Of a stretch of 64,000 bases of DNA, positions 19,563-30,289 are shown piece by piece. Position 1 is the stretch's first letter. The number at the start of each line of letters is the position of its first letter. The stretch lies in assembly GCA_016839555.1 (NCBI GenBank), contig JAEOUA010000008.1, forward strand, positions 128,001-192,000, in the 5' to 3' direction. The position numbers and the translations under genes were made by a program. Origin of the DNA: Promethearchaeota archaeon (lineage in GTDB: Archaea > Asgardarchaeota > Lokiarchaeia > Sigyniarchaeales > SOKP01). The notes under the pieces were generated by a model. It had not been told where the DNA came from, searched no databases, and saw only the letters and a list, made by a program, of their open reading frames with translations.

Positions 19563-22500
19563 TTAATTCTCGTCTACTATCTTTTTAAAATCTCGAAATA
19601 TAGAATTAAAAAATATAAAAAGCGTTTCTGAATATGATCGTATTTCCTCTTTATACTGGTTTATATTTTCTTGTGAAATATCCGATAATTTTGCTCTTTC
19701 TAAGAGCGAATCTAAAGATGCTCTATTGATCGTTAGAGGAATAGAAGTTAATAGGAAGGTGACTGCCTTCTCTAGTATAAGATCCGGAATTTCATTCTTC
19801 TCTTCGGGATAAAGGTCGCAGTAGAACTCAACTAAGAAGGTAGGTAGTGCAGAGCGTTCTAATATTATTGCTTTTTCAAATTGCTGTTTATCAACTAATA
19901 CAGAAATATCTATAATTTTTATAAGAAAGTCACTCATATGGTCAAAGAATTTATTTATAATTTCTGATTGAGTATATGATGACGTCGATTCATTATTAAA
20001 ATATTTATTATTTCTCGGAGTAGTAGATACCTCAGTAGTCCCCTGATTGGTTTTTGTATCTTTTATTTTAGGAAAGTTCGAACTTAAATTATTTGGTGTG
20101 AGTATGCTTTCTAAGTCAAGTTCTTTTTCGGATTCTTGCTCAAGAAGCTCTACTGAAATTTGAGTCTCTTGATCTCTCTTTAATTCAAAGTAATCATTTA
20201 AAGATTCTTGGTATTGAGGCCCTACCGCATATGAGGTGCGAATGGATTGAGAGCCGCTTGCACGTCTAGGATGACTCTCAATTATATAGTTATATTTGAG
20301 AAAAATATTAAATAATTGATCCCTTATGAGTTTTACCTGACGTTTGTCTTTTCCGTATCGTTTCTGAACCTTTGGATAAAGAATTTTAAGAAGTTCTTCC
20401 TTAATCTTACTTTTATAAAGGTTGCCCACTTGATCAAGAGTCTGCAATACACTAAAGAACTTTATAATTTCATCCAAGAAAAGGATATAATGTTTAAAAT
20501 GTTGTTCAAAAAGGGTTTTTTGCGCGTTAGAAAGTATGTTTTTTTCATTATCTTCAAGATTATAACCTTGGTGAAACATATATTCATTAAGTTGCTGTTG
20601 AGATACTATATTTAGATTCAAGAATTCCATATTATCTATAATAATCGGAAATGGTTGAGGAAAATCATCTCTTTTAACAAGTAATTCATCCCTTTTCAGG
20701 TTCATGAGAAATGGTACTTGATAACTCTCTTTTCGCTTGGAACTATAATAGCCCTCCCCATGAAGTTCAGACAAATTCATTAAGTTCTTCAATACAGCAA
20801 TATCCCGTTTATCAGTAGTTTTAAAGGAGATAAAGTTTTCAAAATAATTAAACACATGAGGATGCATGTCTCGAATTTGATTAGCTGTCGTTATAATCCC
20901 CATTTGCAGTGCTTGAATAGGCTTTATAAGCTTCATAATCTTGCCGTAGCGATAATCCCCTTGTCTATCGAGAAAATTATTATCAAATATAATATCAGTA
21001 TTGGGAACAATAAATATCTTCTGATAAAAACTCCTTTCCTCATAAAATCTCCTGATATATAGCAAAATTTTCACAATGATTACAAAAGTTATAAATACTT
21101 TCGGCTCTAAATCTTGGAAGATGGAAAGATCAATAATTATAGTTTTTTCATTTTGTATGAATTCATAAGAGAAGATTTGAGACCCTCCTATTCCATCGGA
21201 TGGTTTATCCGTCCCACCTAACTCGTAGTTTTTCGTAGAGATAACACTGGGCCCCTCCCTAATTTGTTGGAGCACGGAGATAATAGGCCTCATACCAATA
21301 TTTTTCTCCCATACATTCTGATTTTTGATATCCAATAAAAATTCGGTATATGAAAATTTTTCTTCCTTTAATAATTCTTTAAGGGCGTCCATTGGTTCCC
21401 TTCGTTGTTTATAGACCATCGCTAAGATGTCCACGATATAGCTAATATAGCTATCACGTTCTGAATCATAGGGAATATCAGAATCAAATGGATCAATCTG
21501 AAAATTTTTTCCTAATGAAAAAACTAAAAATTCATTTTCATATTTACTTCCTTGAAAATAAGAAAGCAACACGGAAAAGGTACCATCATAATCGAATACA
21601 ATAGATTGCTCTCCTTGTTTCACTAACTCTGCGACAATTTTAAACAACAAATATTCTCGAGCTTTATAAGATCCATTTGTTATTAACAGATTTTTAATTT
21701 GTTCAAATGTGAACCCCGCGGGTACTTCCTCCATAAGAAATTCGGTATTAAGCGTATATCCTATAGTTATGAAGTTTTCAAGATTAAGGGGCGTATTAAA
21801 CTCAGATGCAATTCTTGTCTCGATTGCTTTCCTAAATTCAGGTGAAATTTCCATCAAATTCATCAAAACTTTTCCTTGCATAATTAAATAATTCAAATGA
21901 GTACCTCCCAGTCGAAAGAATTTTGATTTGAGGGTTGAGGCCCCAATCCCGGAAGAAAGGTAATTTTGTGAAAGTTGCTCTAACTCATAATTAGGAAAAT
22001 TTCCCTCAAAAATACTAGTAATTGTCTCTGTTCGATGTCGGAGTTTATTTCCTTGATTTATTATTACTTCTTGGGTTATATTCGTGGCATAGGTAATAGT
22101 ATGGATTGTATGAAGTATAATCAGACGCCAGAGTCCGTTTCTCATAAACATCCAACCTGCTTGTTCATATTTCTTTAATTTTTCATTCAAGAAATCTCGA
22201 TGACCTTCCTTTATCCATTTAAAGCATTTATCCACGAAATAGGCATAAGATATAGGAGCAGAGATTATTGTATATGTAAAAGGGATTTTTTTACCGACCA
22301 GTGCTCTGAAATATTTAGCGGGGGTAGCAATAAATTGATCTTTTTTCATAAATTGAGTTGCCGCATATTTCACATTAAGAAAGTTCATAGCCAGCAATAT
22401 TTTCTTGTTTATATGGGCGAATACTATTTCGCTATATTTACGAGACCTAAAAAAATCAATATTATGAAAGGGTGATACCGTGAAATGCTCTTCCTTAACT

Positions 22501-23576
22501 AGCGTGAACCGACTGATTGAAAATAATACCTCACGCCAAAAGATAAAAAATATAATGAAAACAAGAATAATATTTATAATTGGGATCCAGTAAAACTTTA
22601 AAGGAATTAGGACTAAAACCACATCAAAATAAAGAACGAAGCTAATTACCAATAATGTTTTAAACGGTTTTATAACTAAATCTTTATCTTTTAAATTGTC
22701 TTCCTCTTCAAAATCCATCCCACATACAAAATTCTTTATTCCTTGGACTAAATCATCGCCGACCAGTTTATCGATCTTCGTATGCGCAAAATCTTCAATC
22801 ACAATCTCTTCAAATTTAGCTTGATACCCCCTTAATTTATCTGTAATAAGGCTCACTAGCGATTTAGTTAGAATTCCTGTAGCATAATATGATATTGCAA
22901 AATATAGATTGATACTCATCGTGCTGGAGTTTCTTTGCAATAGTGGTGCTTGAATCACCTGATAAGTAAAAGGAACACAGGCAATATGAAGTGTTTTTAC
23001 GAAATGGTTGAGATTAGGGCTCACATTTTCCGGAAAGACGCTAATTTTGTAGAGGCTTAAGCCGGAATGCTGTAAATCCTGAGTGTTTGAGAAATAGAGA
23101 ATATCCCTTTTATAAAGATTACCTTTATCAAAAAATTGTTCATTAAAAGTAGTGGAGGCTGTAAATTGAGCCTCTTCTGTCGCCGAATCTGCGAACCAAA
23201 AGCGTAAATGAGCAAATGGATCAAACTTTCCCCGTGTTAGTCCACTGAATGAAGAGATTAAAAATGAATTGTCTCCAAAGACGAATATAAATAAGAGAAA
23301 GAAGATTGTCGGAAGTAAGATCGCTATACTGATAGAAGTAGTCCATAAAAATGTTAAATAACCCATCATAAAATGGACTCCCAGAGAGGCAATAATCTTT
23401 ATGATCCCCAAACTTGTATTTATATCCTTAAAAGAAGGGATTTTATCCCAAATATTTAAATAACTGCCAATCTGGGCTTGCTGTGGTTTATATTCTTTAT
23501 TGGTCGAATGTTTATTCTTCTCATATTGTTCTCGATATGCTTTTTGATTATCATTATCTTTTTTATATTTATTCAT
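19563..23576 (-). CDS. Large membrane-anchored VirB4/HerA-like protein with degenerate ATPase motifs
   Basis: Two TM hairpins, each followed by a related soluble domain. Then a HerA-like layout (ITIGY..., SIVFDYDG, FQIDPF, IIIDLS, ITTANQ), but the Walker A position reads TNGSYKARE and the Walker B position reads IFIVPNTD. Confidence 0.6.
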   Translation of the reverse strand: MNKYKKDNDNQKAYREQYEKNKHSTNKEYKPQQAQIGSYLNIWDKIPSFKDINTSLGIIKIIASLGVHFMMGYLTFLWTTSISIAILLPTIFFLLFIFVFGDNSFLISSFSGLTRGKFDPFAHLRFWFADSATEEAQFTASTTFNEQFFDKGNLYKRDILYFSNTQDLQHSGLSLYKISVFPENVSPNLNHFVKTLHIACVPFTYQVIQAPLLQRNSSTMSINLYFAISYYATGILTKSLVSLITDKLRGYQAKFEEIVIEDFAHTKIDKLVGDDLVQGIKNFVCGMDFEEEDNLKDKDLVIKPFKTLLVISFVLYFDVVLVLIPLKFYWIPIINIILVFIIFFIFWREVLFSISRFTLVKEEHFTVSPFHNIDFFRSRKYSEIVFAHINKKILLAMNFLNVKYAATQFMKKDQFIATPAKYFRALVGKKIPFTYTIISAPISYAYFVDKCFKWIKEGHRDFLNEKLKKYEQAGWMFMRNGLWRLIILHTIHTITYATNITQEVIINQGNKLRHRTETITSIFEGNFPNYELEQLSQNYLSSGIGASTLKSKFFRLGGTHLNYLIMQGKVLMNLMEISPEFRKAIETRIASEFNTPLNLENFITIGYTLNTEFLMEEVPAGFTFEQIKNLLITNGSYKAREYLLFKIVAELVKQGEQSIVFDYDGTFSVLLSYFQGSKYENEFLVFSLGKNFQIDPFDSDIPYDSERDSYISYIVDILAMVYKQRREPMDALKELLKEEKFSYTEFLLDIKNQNVWEKNIGMRPIISVLQQIREGPSVISTKNYELGGTDKPSDGIGGSQIFSYEFIQNEKTIIIDLSIFQDLEPKVFITFVIIVKILLYIRRFYEERSFYQKIFIVPNTDIIFDNNFLDRQGDYRYGKIMKLIKPIQALQMGIITTANQIRDMHPHVFNYFENFISFKTTDKRDIAVLKNLMNLSELHGEGYYSSKRKESYQVPFLMNLKRDELLVKRDDFPQPFPIIIDNMEFLNLNIVSQQQLNEYMFHQGYNLEDNEKNILSNAQKTLFEQHFKHYILFLDEIIKFFSVLQTLDQVGNLYKSKIKEELLKILYPKVQKRYGKDKRQVKLIRDQLFNIFLKYNYIIESHPRRASGSQSIRTSYAVGPQYQESLNDYFELKRDQETQISVELLEQESEKELDLESILTPNNLSSNFPKIKDTKTNQGTTEVSTTPRNNKYFNNESTSSYTQSEIINKFFDHMSDFLIKIIDISVLVDKQQFEKAIILERSALPTFLVEFYCDLYPEEKNEIPDLILEKAVTFLLTSIPLTINRASLDSLLERAKLSDISQENINQYKEEIRSYSETLFIFFNSIFRDFKKIVDEN

Positions 23577-23603
23577 TGTTTATCAATAAAAAATAGTTAT
23601 TGG

Positions 23604-23796
23604 TGGGGTATAATAGCAAAACTATTTAAATAAAAAATTCGAAATATAAGGAGAATTTAAAATTTTTTATAATGCCTTAAATAAAATCAATTAGAACAAC
23701 AATAATAGATGAAATTATCTTAATTTTTTTTAAATATAAGGGATATTAATTAACTCTAAAAACAAAGTTACTTAAAGGTAGGGTTGGGGTATAATA
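23604..23796. promoter_or_regulatory. 12-bp direct repeat TGGGGTATAATA (23604-15, 23785-96) in a divergent promoter region
   Basis: Exact repeat of a G-rich word in a very AT-rich intergenic region between divergent genes. Confidence 0.4.
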
Positions 23797-23982
23797 TTCT
23801 TTTTAAAAAGAATGTTTTTCAAGTTTATAAATATTGCTGATAATTTCTTTCGATTTTCAATAGAAACCACAAAATAATTTCGATATTTTGATGATTTTTT
23901 ATTTAAATAGATTTATCAAATTATTATTCTAATTGTAAAAGAAAAATTGATTAAAACTTAAAAAATAGAGAAAAAAAGAAAA

Positions 23983-24366
23983 ATGGCGGAAGTAATAGTT
24001 TATCCTCAGCAGAATCAAGGTCAAGCAAAAACATATATTAAATGGGTTTTTTATGGAATTATAATCTTTCTTGCGATAATTTTTCCTTTTTTTGGCTATG
24101 AAATACGCTCTCAACTCGGTACTATCTTTCGGGGCTTTTTTAACATTGTATTTAACGTTATCGGAACTCTCTGTATATTTGGGGGGATTATATATCTCCT
24201 TTTAGGAGTTTTTGGATTATTTTCGAGGCGATTTTCATTTAAGCAAATTATTCTTGGGGCTTTACTACTTTGGGTCGGTTGTTGGATGACAGGTATTGTA
24301 ATTGATTTTTTTGGCGTTAGTTTCGGAGGAAAAGGGTCTTCTATATCCTCGAAAGGATATCATTAA
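23983..24366 (+). CDS. Small 3-TM membrane protein, VirB2/CedA1 pilin-like topology
   Basis: Gly-rich hydrophobic hairpin with a basic loop (FSRRFSFKQ). Divergent from the VirB4-like gene. Confidence 0.55.
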   Translation: MAEVIVYPQQNQGQAKTYIKWVFYGIIIFLAIIFPFFGYEIRSQLGTIFRGFFNIVFNVIGTLCIFGGIIYLLLGVFGLFSRRFSFKQIILGALLLWVGCWMTGIVIDFFGVSFGGKGSSISSKGYH

Positions 24367-24644
24367 AAGCGGTATTTAAATGGCGTAATGCCAACATTAT
24401 TATAAAAAAGAGGTCAAAAATTTAATATGCAATATATATTCCTAGACCTAAAATTATTATTATATGTGTTGCATGAGGTGAGACAAAAGTTATTTATAAA
24501 AATAAAGAATATGATATTGAGGAATATACAATTAATTAAATATAATTCTTTTCTCATCGATATAATATAAGAAAAAAAAAAGAAGAAAAGGCTAAGGAAA
24601 AAGACGAGGAAATAAAAGAACAGGTAAAAATCAATAGAGAAGAA

Positions 24645-25358
24645 ATGAAGTCAAAGTTGTCCCATCTCTCGAATGAAGTAAATGCAATAATCGGAATTGG
24701 AAATAAAGAATATAGTCAAGGACATCTTGAGGGAGCAGTCAATTATTGGGAAAGGGCGCTAAGCTTATTAAGTAATGCTAAGGTAAGAATTAAGGGGTTA
24801 AATGTATATGCGGCGGAACATATAAATAAAGCCCAAAGAAGATTAAGAATTAATATAAGAAATGTAACTAAATCCATTAAAGAAGAGATTAGGGTTAAAA
24901 ATCTGCTGGATGCCCCCACCGAAATTTATTGCCAAGCATGTGGATGCCTTAATGACTCGGATAGAACGATATGTAAGCAATGCGGAACCCCTTTGAGAAC
25001 CATTGGCTTCTCTTCAACTGACCAGCAAGATGATCTATTAGAAAAATGCGAATCTCCTATTGAAAGACAATTTTTTACTTCCGCGAGGAAGCTAATACCC
25101 AATTTAGAACCCCAAGAATGGATTGGAAAATATCGCGTAGACTTTGCCCTCAAAGATAAAAAGGTAGTGGTGGAATTAGATGGGCATTCCTATCATAAAA
25201 CAAAAGAACAGCGGCAAAATGATGCAGAACGGCAACGACACCTTCAAAAAGAAGGCTATACAGTCATTCGATTTACTGGAAGCGAAATCAATAAGGATCT
25301 TAGTGGGTGCATCTCTGAAGTGTTAGATATCTTGGACAAAAAAAGTAATTCTAAATAG
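24645..25358 (+). CDS. Zinc-ribbon plus DUF559/Vsr-like endonuclease domain protein
   Basis: CQAC..CKQC, ESPIE, YRVDF, VVELDGHSYH, DAERQRHL..GYTVIRFTG. Confidence 0.85.
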   Translation: MKSKLSHLSNEVNAIIGIGNKEYSQGHLEGAVNYWERALSLLSNAKVRIKGLNVYAAEHINKAQRRLRINIRNVTKSIKEEIRVKNLLDAPTEIYCQACGCLNDSDRTICKQCGTPLRTIGFSSTDQQDDLLEKCESPIERQFFTSARKLIPNLEPQEWIGKYRVDFALKDKKVVVELDGHSYHKTKEQRQNDAERQRHLQKEGYTVIRFTGSEINKDLSGCISEVLDILDKKSNSK

Positions 25359-25680
25359 AAATAAGAATAAAAACCTTTATCTTTATTCTTATTTATTCTA
25401 ACTCATTTTTCAAGCACTTAACATTGTCTTTCGTTAATTTTTGAGAAGTCAAAGGATTATCAGATTCTCTAAAATTCGAAAACGGAATAAAGATTTCTCA
25501 AATATATTTAAACAAAATAACCAGAAAATCTTATTTTTTTATGCATTAATAGGTAAAATTTGAATAGAATTTTGCCATTTTTTTATTTATATACTTTTGA
25601 TAATAAAGGGGGTTTATATGTAAAATTTCTTTCAAAAATGGAAGAGTAAAATAAAAAAAACATAAAAAATACCCCCTGAT

Positions 25681-25998
25681 ATGAAAATTCGTGATTATGA
25701 TAAGGAGATAGAACGTGAAATACTAATTAAGAAACTATATGATATTTTATACGAGATAAGGGAGTATTTTGTTGTCTTTTGGGAAAATCTCAAACTTTCC
25801 TTCAAGTCTGAAAGACAATTGCTAGAGCATGAACCAAATTTGGATCCTCGTGTGAAAAAATTACAAGTTAAATATGTAGATAACCTTGATCCGCTCGAAA
25901 CAAAATTGACTACTAAGATTTTTGATTTCTTTGATTCCTTATGTGCCATATTTTTAGCATCTTCCCCCATATGGCTTACCATTCTATTCTCCGGTTAG
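25681..25998 (+). CDS. Hypothetical protein with C-terminal TM (possibly tail-anchored)
   Basis: 105-aa ORF with ATG start and a hydrophobic C-terminus. Confidence 0.5.
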   Translation: MKIRDYDKEIEREILIKKLYDILYEIREYFVVFWENLKLSFKSERQLLEHEPNLDPRVKKLQVKYVDNLDPLETKLTTKIFDFFDSLCAIFLASSPIWLTILFSG

Positions 25999-26060
25999 TT
26001 TAAATATTTAAAAAATTGCATTACTTATTTGACTTTAACGCTACGTCTTTTTAGTTTCTT

Positions 26061-26095
26061 AATCGCCGCAAGGAGAGCCGGAGGCGATTTTCTTT
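26061..26095 (+). terminator. GC-rich hairpin AATCGCC...GGCGATT followed by a T-rich tract
   Basis: Perfect 7-bp stem (26061-67/26083-89) located between convergent genes. Confidence 0.4.
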
Positions 26096-26255
26096 GATTA
26101 ATTTATATTTAAAAGTTTATATTGAAATATTATTAATAAAAATGACAGAAAAATTGGATTATTTAGCTTTAAAGAAATTAGTGAGAAATAAAAAATTTTT
26201 CATTATTACATTATAAGGAAATAGCAAGAAATAATAACCTTTTAAACGAATGGCT

Positions 26256-26609
26256 TTATAAGGATAAATAATTGTAAATACTATCTTTTATTTTTATAAT
26301 TGTATTATCATAATTTACTGATTTTCTTATTATTCTTTTTAAATTCTTATTAGAATTAATTCTTCTAATTCTAGTATAATTTTTTTTCTCATTAGATTTA
26401 ATATTAGACGCTTTTATGTAATTCAATTTTCCGATCCAAAACCCCAAAATTTTTTCTTTTGACACATCTATCTCACAATAACCTGTTCCAGCATTACAAT
26501 CAATTAAATATGTTTTTTGTTTCCTAACAATATTAAACCAAACATCATAATAATAACCTAATTCATCTAATTTTTCTTTTGTATGTTCTGGAAAGGAAAG
26601 ATTAGTCAT
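26256..26609 (-). pseudogene. Truncated three-Cys-motif partner (TcmP/GMT-like) protein fragment
   Basis: N-terminus HTKEKLxxLxYYxxxW...LIDCNAGTG resembles TcmP. It is followed by low-complexity AT-rich sequence, and the ORF is far too short. Confidence 0.55.
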
Positions 26610-26719
26610 ATCAAAATTATCATTGCTTAAGATGATATAATAATATAATAAAAAGTTTTTTTTATAATTATATTGATTTGAAGAATATGAAATAAAACAT
26701 GAAGTTTCAGAAATTTTAA

Positions 26720-29700
26720 CTATATTTTAAAATCTTGAAAATTAAAATTTTCATCAAGTAATTTATAGTTAACCCATATATTGTCTTTATCATTCCATTC
26801 TAAATTTTTTAATGGTGTATAATGATTTAAAAAGGAAAGATCTTTAAACACATCCTTTAAAAAGTTTTTACCCTCTACTAAATCATTTAAAATACAATAA
26901 CGCTTTATTCCTAGAAGATCAAAAATCCCATGAAATACTTCATCAAATTCACTAAATTCACAATCAGGCAAAGTTAATTTTATGAAAAGACCATTCTCAA
27001 AATGTTTTTGATCTTTCATCTCATTTATATAAATCTCACCTTCGATTTCATAAATAAAACAATAATTAAAAAATCCAAAAATTTTAATTAATACTGTAAT
27101 AACCTCAATTGAAATATTTGGAATAATAAAATAGAAATTTTCGCAAAGATCTAAATTTTTTAATTCTAAATAAGGAAATAATAAGTGCTTAGAATTTAGA
27201 TTTTGAAAAGAATCAATTTTATGATGCTTCTCTTGTGCTAAAAATGATTTTAAATCGTCGGGTTGGAAAGTATAGAGATTCATAAGATCTTTAAATTCTA
27301 GGGAATTAGGTTCAAAAAACATGTCGGAAATACTATCAAAATCAAATTCCTTCATGGAAGGCAAAACTAAATTGTACTGCTGTTTGAAAATTATTTTTCT
27401 TGCAAAGGAATTAAAATGATTCGCATTTAAATTCCATCCATTAGAAGTTAAATTATAATTAAAATGCAAAACGTGGTAAACTTTTTTAATGAAAAATAAG
27501 ATATATTCGAGGAATGCTTTTTTTGATTTTAATAACCAATTCAAATACGAATTATTAGGAGTATGATATGGAAATAAATAAGTTATCAAAAATGAATAAA
27601 AATTTTGATGGATCTCGATAGGATGTTTCAAAGAAAGAAAGTTTTTAGTTAACACACATTTTTTATTTATTTCCTCTAATTTTGAAGTAGTAAACCATAA
27701 AAAGTATTTAGAAAAGCCAAAACTCTGATGTTGTGGAATAAATTTAATGGATTGGACATATTGATTAAAAAAAGGGGCCTGTTTAAATCCTTTAAATAAA
27801 TCGGTATTAGATAAAATTGAACTTAAATTTTTATGGAAATCCTCTAATTCATGAAGGTGCGTAGGATTAAATCTTACTTGCCGTCTTGAATTGCGTTTTG
27901 AAACATCTCTTGCTAGCTTCAATAAATTATTTTCATTAGTAAATAAATAGATTCTGCTTTTTCTATCTTTCATATCTGAGGGATGTTTTGTCTTGTTTAA
28001 GAACCTATTAATAAGGAGAAGGAATTGACTAAACATATCCCTAGCATAAAAGAACTTGCCCTTCTGAAAATCGTAATAATCTTTAACACTAAAGACATTA
28101 AGTACTCCTGAAGAAAAAAATCTTAATACTTCAATTATATTTTTTTTAAATATATTATAAAAAATTGAAATTAAATTGTATTTTTCATTAATTGAAAGAT
28201 TTGGTAAATATAATCCCAAAAAAATATATTTTCTTTTAGATAATACATCTTCACCTCGTTCAAGAATTAATCGAGGAAAAAATGATTTCATTCGATCGAT
28301 TAATTCTATTACTTGTGAAGTATCTTTGAGAATAATATAGATGCAATAATGCGCAAAATGAGTAGTTCTTATTGTATTAATTAAATTTGGTTTGAGAATA
28401 GGTGGATCCATTTGTATATATTTATTAATAATTTCTTGTACTTTATTTATTGTAATTTCTCTTAACTTATACTGTCGTTTTATACTTGTTATTTTTTTTT
28501 TCTTACCAGAATAAATAGAAAAAGCAAGGTCCTTATCTAGGATGATTTTTTTAATATTTTTAACATTGAAGATTTTTAATATAAAGAAATTATTTAAGAT
28601 TGTAGAAAATAAAGAAACTTTTTTAACTTCCTCTTCAAATTTAATCTTATTGTTAAAGTAAAGTAAAATTAATTTTTGAACCAATCTTTTTTTAAAATCA
28701 GAGTGATTTACCTGTTTTGAAAATAAATTTACATGATTGCTCTTAATAAAAGCTTTGAAATCAATGATTGAAGTTATATTCTGATCTACAACAATTTTTT
28801 TTAATAACTTAATTATTTCAAGAATAGAAACAAAAAAATATTTAATGTAAAAAATACCAGCATTAAAAAATTTATCAATAATAGAAATGAAGTCTTTTTG
28901 CATAATTGGATGAGTAAATAATAACTCTAAATCCATCCTCAACTTTTTTATAAATTTTATCTGAAAAAGAAAATCATTTATATAATCCATCCTCAATTGA
29001 TTGATCTTTCGCCTACTGGGTTCAAAACCAAATCCTGTTAGAGAATAATATCTAATTCTATCTAAAATTAAAAAATCTAAATGACTTAATTTAACTGAAT
29101 CGATTAATTCTTCTCCATAGCTATATGAAAAGTCAATTTCAAATTTTTCCTCATATTTTTGATGATTTGGATTTATTAAATTCTTGATATTATGAAAATC
29201 TTGAAAATAATTTAAATTAAGATTGTTTTTTACTTTTTGTCTTTTGATACATATAGTTTGGACATTTCTTGATTTAAGACTCTTTAATAATGAGAATAGA
29301 GATTTGGTATAGACCTTCGGTAAGTATAAATATCCACTTGCAAAGATAGATAATCCATTGCTTGAGAATCTTATATGGGCTAAAAAAGGAAAATTCTTTA
29401 GGACTATTTTAATCCTTTTTTTTGATATTGAAGGATCAAACTGAAATAAAATCCAATAAATATTGATGCCTATATTCTTATAATATATTTGATAACTAGG
29501 AGATACAAAACTATATTTTTTTAACCATCTAAGGCTCTCGGTGAATTTGTTTGTGCTCAGATCAGTCTTAATAAATCCTATTTTTTTGAAATCCTTAAAA
29601 AGTTGCGTATATTGGGCTAAATTCTTAAAAGTCTTTTTTTTATAAAATATTTTAATTAAAATTCTTATTGTCTCTAATATATCTTCATCCCACATCTGCA

Positions 29701-30289
29701 GAAGGACTTCAATTTGATAACTGTTTGCCAAATAATCATAAAATATATCTGTTTTATTTTCTATGTTTGAAATATTTCTTCTAACATAAATGAAGAAAAA
29801 TCTAATTGTATTCTCATCCAGATCCTGAAAATTTGAAAAAAATTTTTCAATTCTATTAAAGAGGGGGTTATAATCCTCTATAATATGTGTTTCTTTTCTA
29901 ATTCTAATTTTCCAATTATTAATCCTTGGATGTTTTTTTAATTTAAGTTCAACAATATAATTAATAAAGATTTTTATTGGTTTATTATTTAAGAGTTGAA
30001 AAGGTAAAAAGCAATAGAAAGCTTCACGCAATAAGATAAATGGAAAAATACTTTCATATTTAGCACTCAATTTAAGGATAAGGGTATGATTTACAAGTTT
30101 TCGCTCAACTCCTATATTAAAGATATCTTTAGTATATAAATATTTATTAGTTTTTATAATCCGAATCTTATTTACAACGGGTTTCATCCTTATATCTTTA
30201 GAAATTAGAGATATTATATTTTTAAAAACATCTAATAATTCAACTTCCAATAATTTATTCAAATTGGATAGTAAGATTTCATATTCCAT
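26720..30289 (-). CDS. Large basic hypothetical protein (1189 aa), possibly with repeated Lrp/AsnC-like modules
   Basis: Long ORF. Recurring P-x-Y/F...G/L-hydrophobic strand patterns (SPSYQIYYKNIGINIYW; FIPQHQSFGFSKYFLW; FPYLELKNLDL). Confidence 0.6.
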   Translation of the reverse strand: MEYEILLSNLNKLLEVELLDVFKNIISLISKDIRMKPVVNKIRIIKTNKYLYTKDIFNIGVERKLVNHTLILKLSAKYESIFPFILLREAFYCFLPFQLLNNKPIKIFINYIVELKLKKHPRINNWKIRIRKETHIIEDYNPLFNRIEKFFSNFQDLDENTIRFFFIYVRRNISNIENKTDIFYDYLANSYQIEVLLQMWDEDILETIRILIKIFYKKKTFKNLAQYTQLFKDFKKIGFIKTDLSTNKFTESLRWLKKYSFVSPSYQIYYKNIGINIYWILFQFDPSISKKRIKIVLKNFPFLAHIRFSSNGLSIFASGYLYLPKVYTKSLFSLLKSLKSRNVQTICIKRQKVKNNLNLNYFQDFHNIKNLINPNHQKYEEKFEIDFSYSYGEELIDSVKLSHLDFLILDRIRYYSLTGFGFEPSRRKINQLRMDYINDFLFQIKFIKKLRMDLELLFTHPIMQKDFISIIDKFFNAGIFYIKYFFVSILEIIKLLKKIVVDQNITSIIDFKAFIKSNHVNLFSKQVNHSDFKKRLVQKLILLYFNNKIKFEEEVKKVSLFSTILNNFFILKIFNVKNIKKIILDKDLAFSIYSGKKKKITSIKRQYKLREITINKVQEIINKYIQMDPPILKPNLINTIRTTHFAHYCIYIILKDTSQVIELIDRMKSFFPRLILERGEDVLSKRKYIFLGLYLPNLSINEKYNLISIFYNIFKKNIIEVLRFFSSGVLNVFSVKDYYDFQKGKFFYARDMFSQFLLLINRFLNKTKHPSDMKDRKSRIYLFTNENNLLKLARDVSKRNSRRQVRFNPTHLHELEDFHKNLSSILSNTDLFKGFKQAPFFNQYVQSIKFIPQHQSFGFSKYFLWFTTSKLEEINKKCVLTKNFLSLKHPIEIHQNFYSFLITYLFPYHTPNNSYLNWLLKSKKAFLEYILFFIKKVYHVLHFNYNLTSNGWNLNANHFNSFARKIIFKQQYNLVLPSMKEFDFDSISDMFFEPNSLEFKDLMNLYTFQPDDLKSFLAQEKHHKIDSFQNLNSKHLLFPYLELKNLDLCENFYFIIPNISIEVITVLIKIFGFFNYCFIYEIEGEIYINEMKDQKHFENGLFIKLTLPDCEFSEFDEVFHGIFDLLGIKRYCILNDLVEGKNFLKDVFKDLSFLNHYTPLKNLEWNDKDNIWVNYKLLDENFNFQDFKI

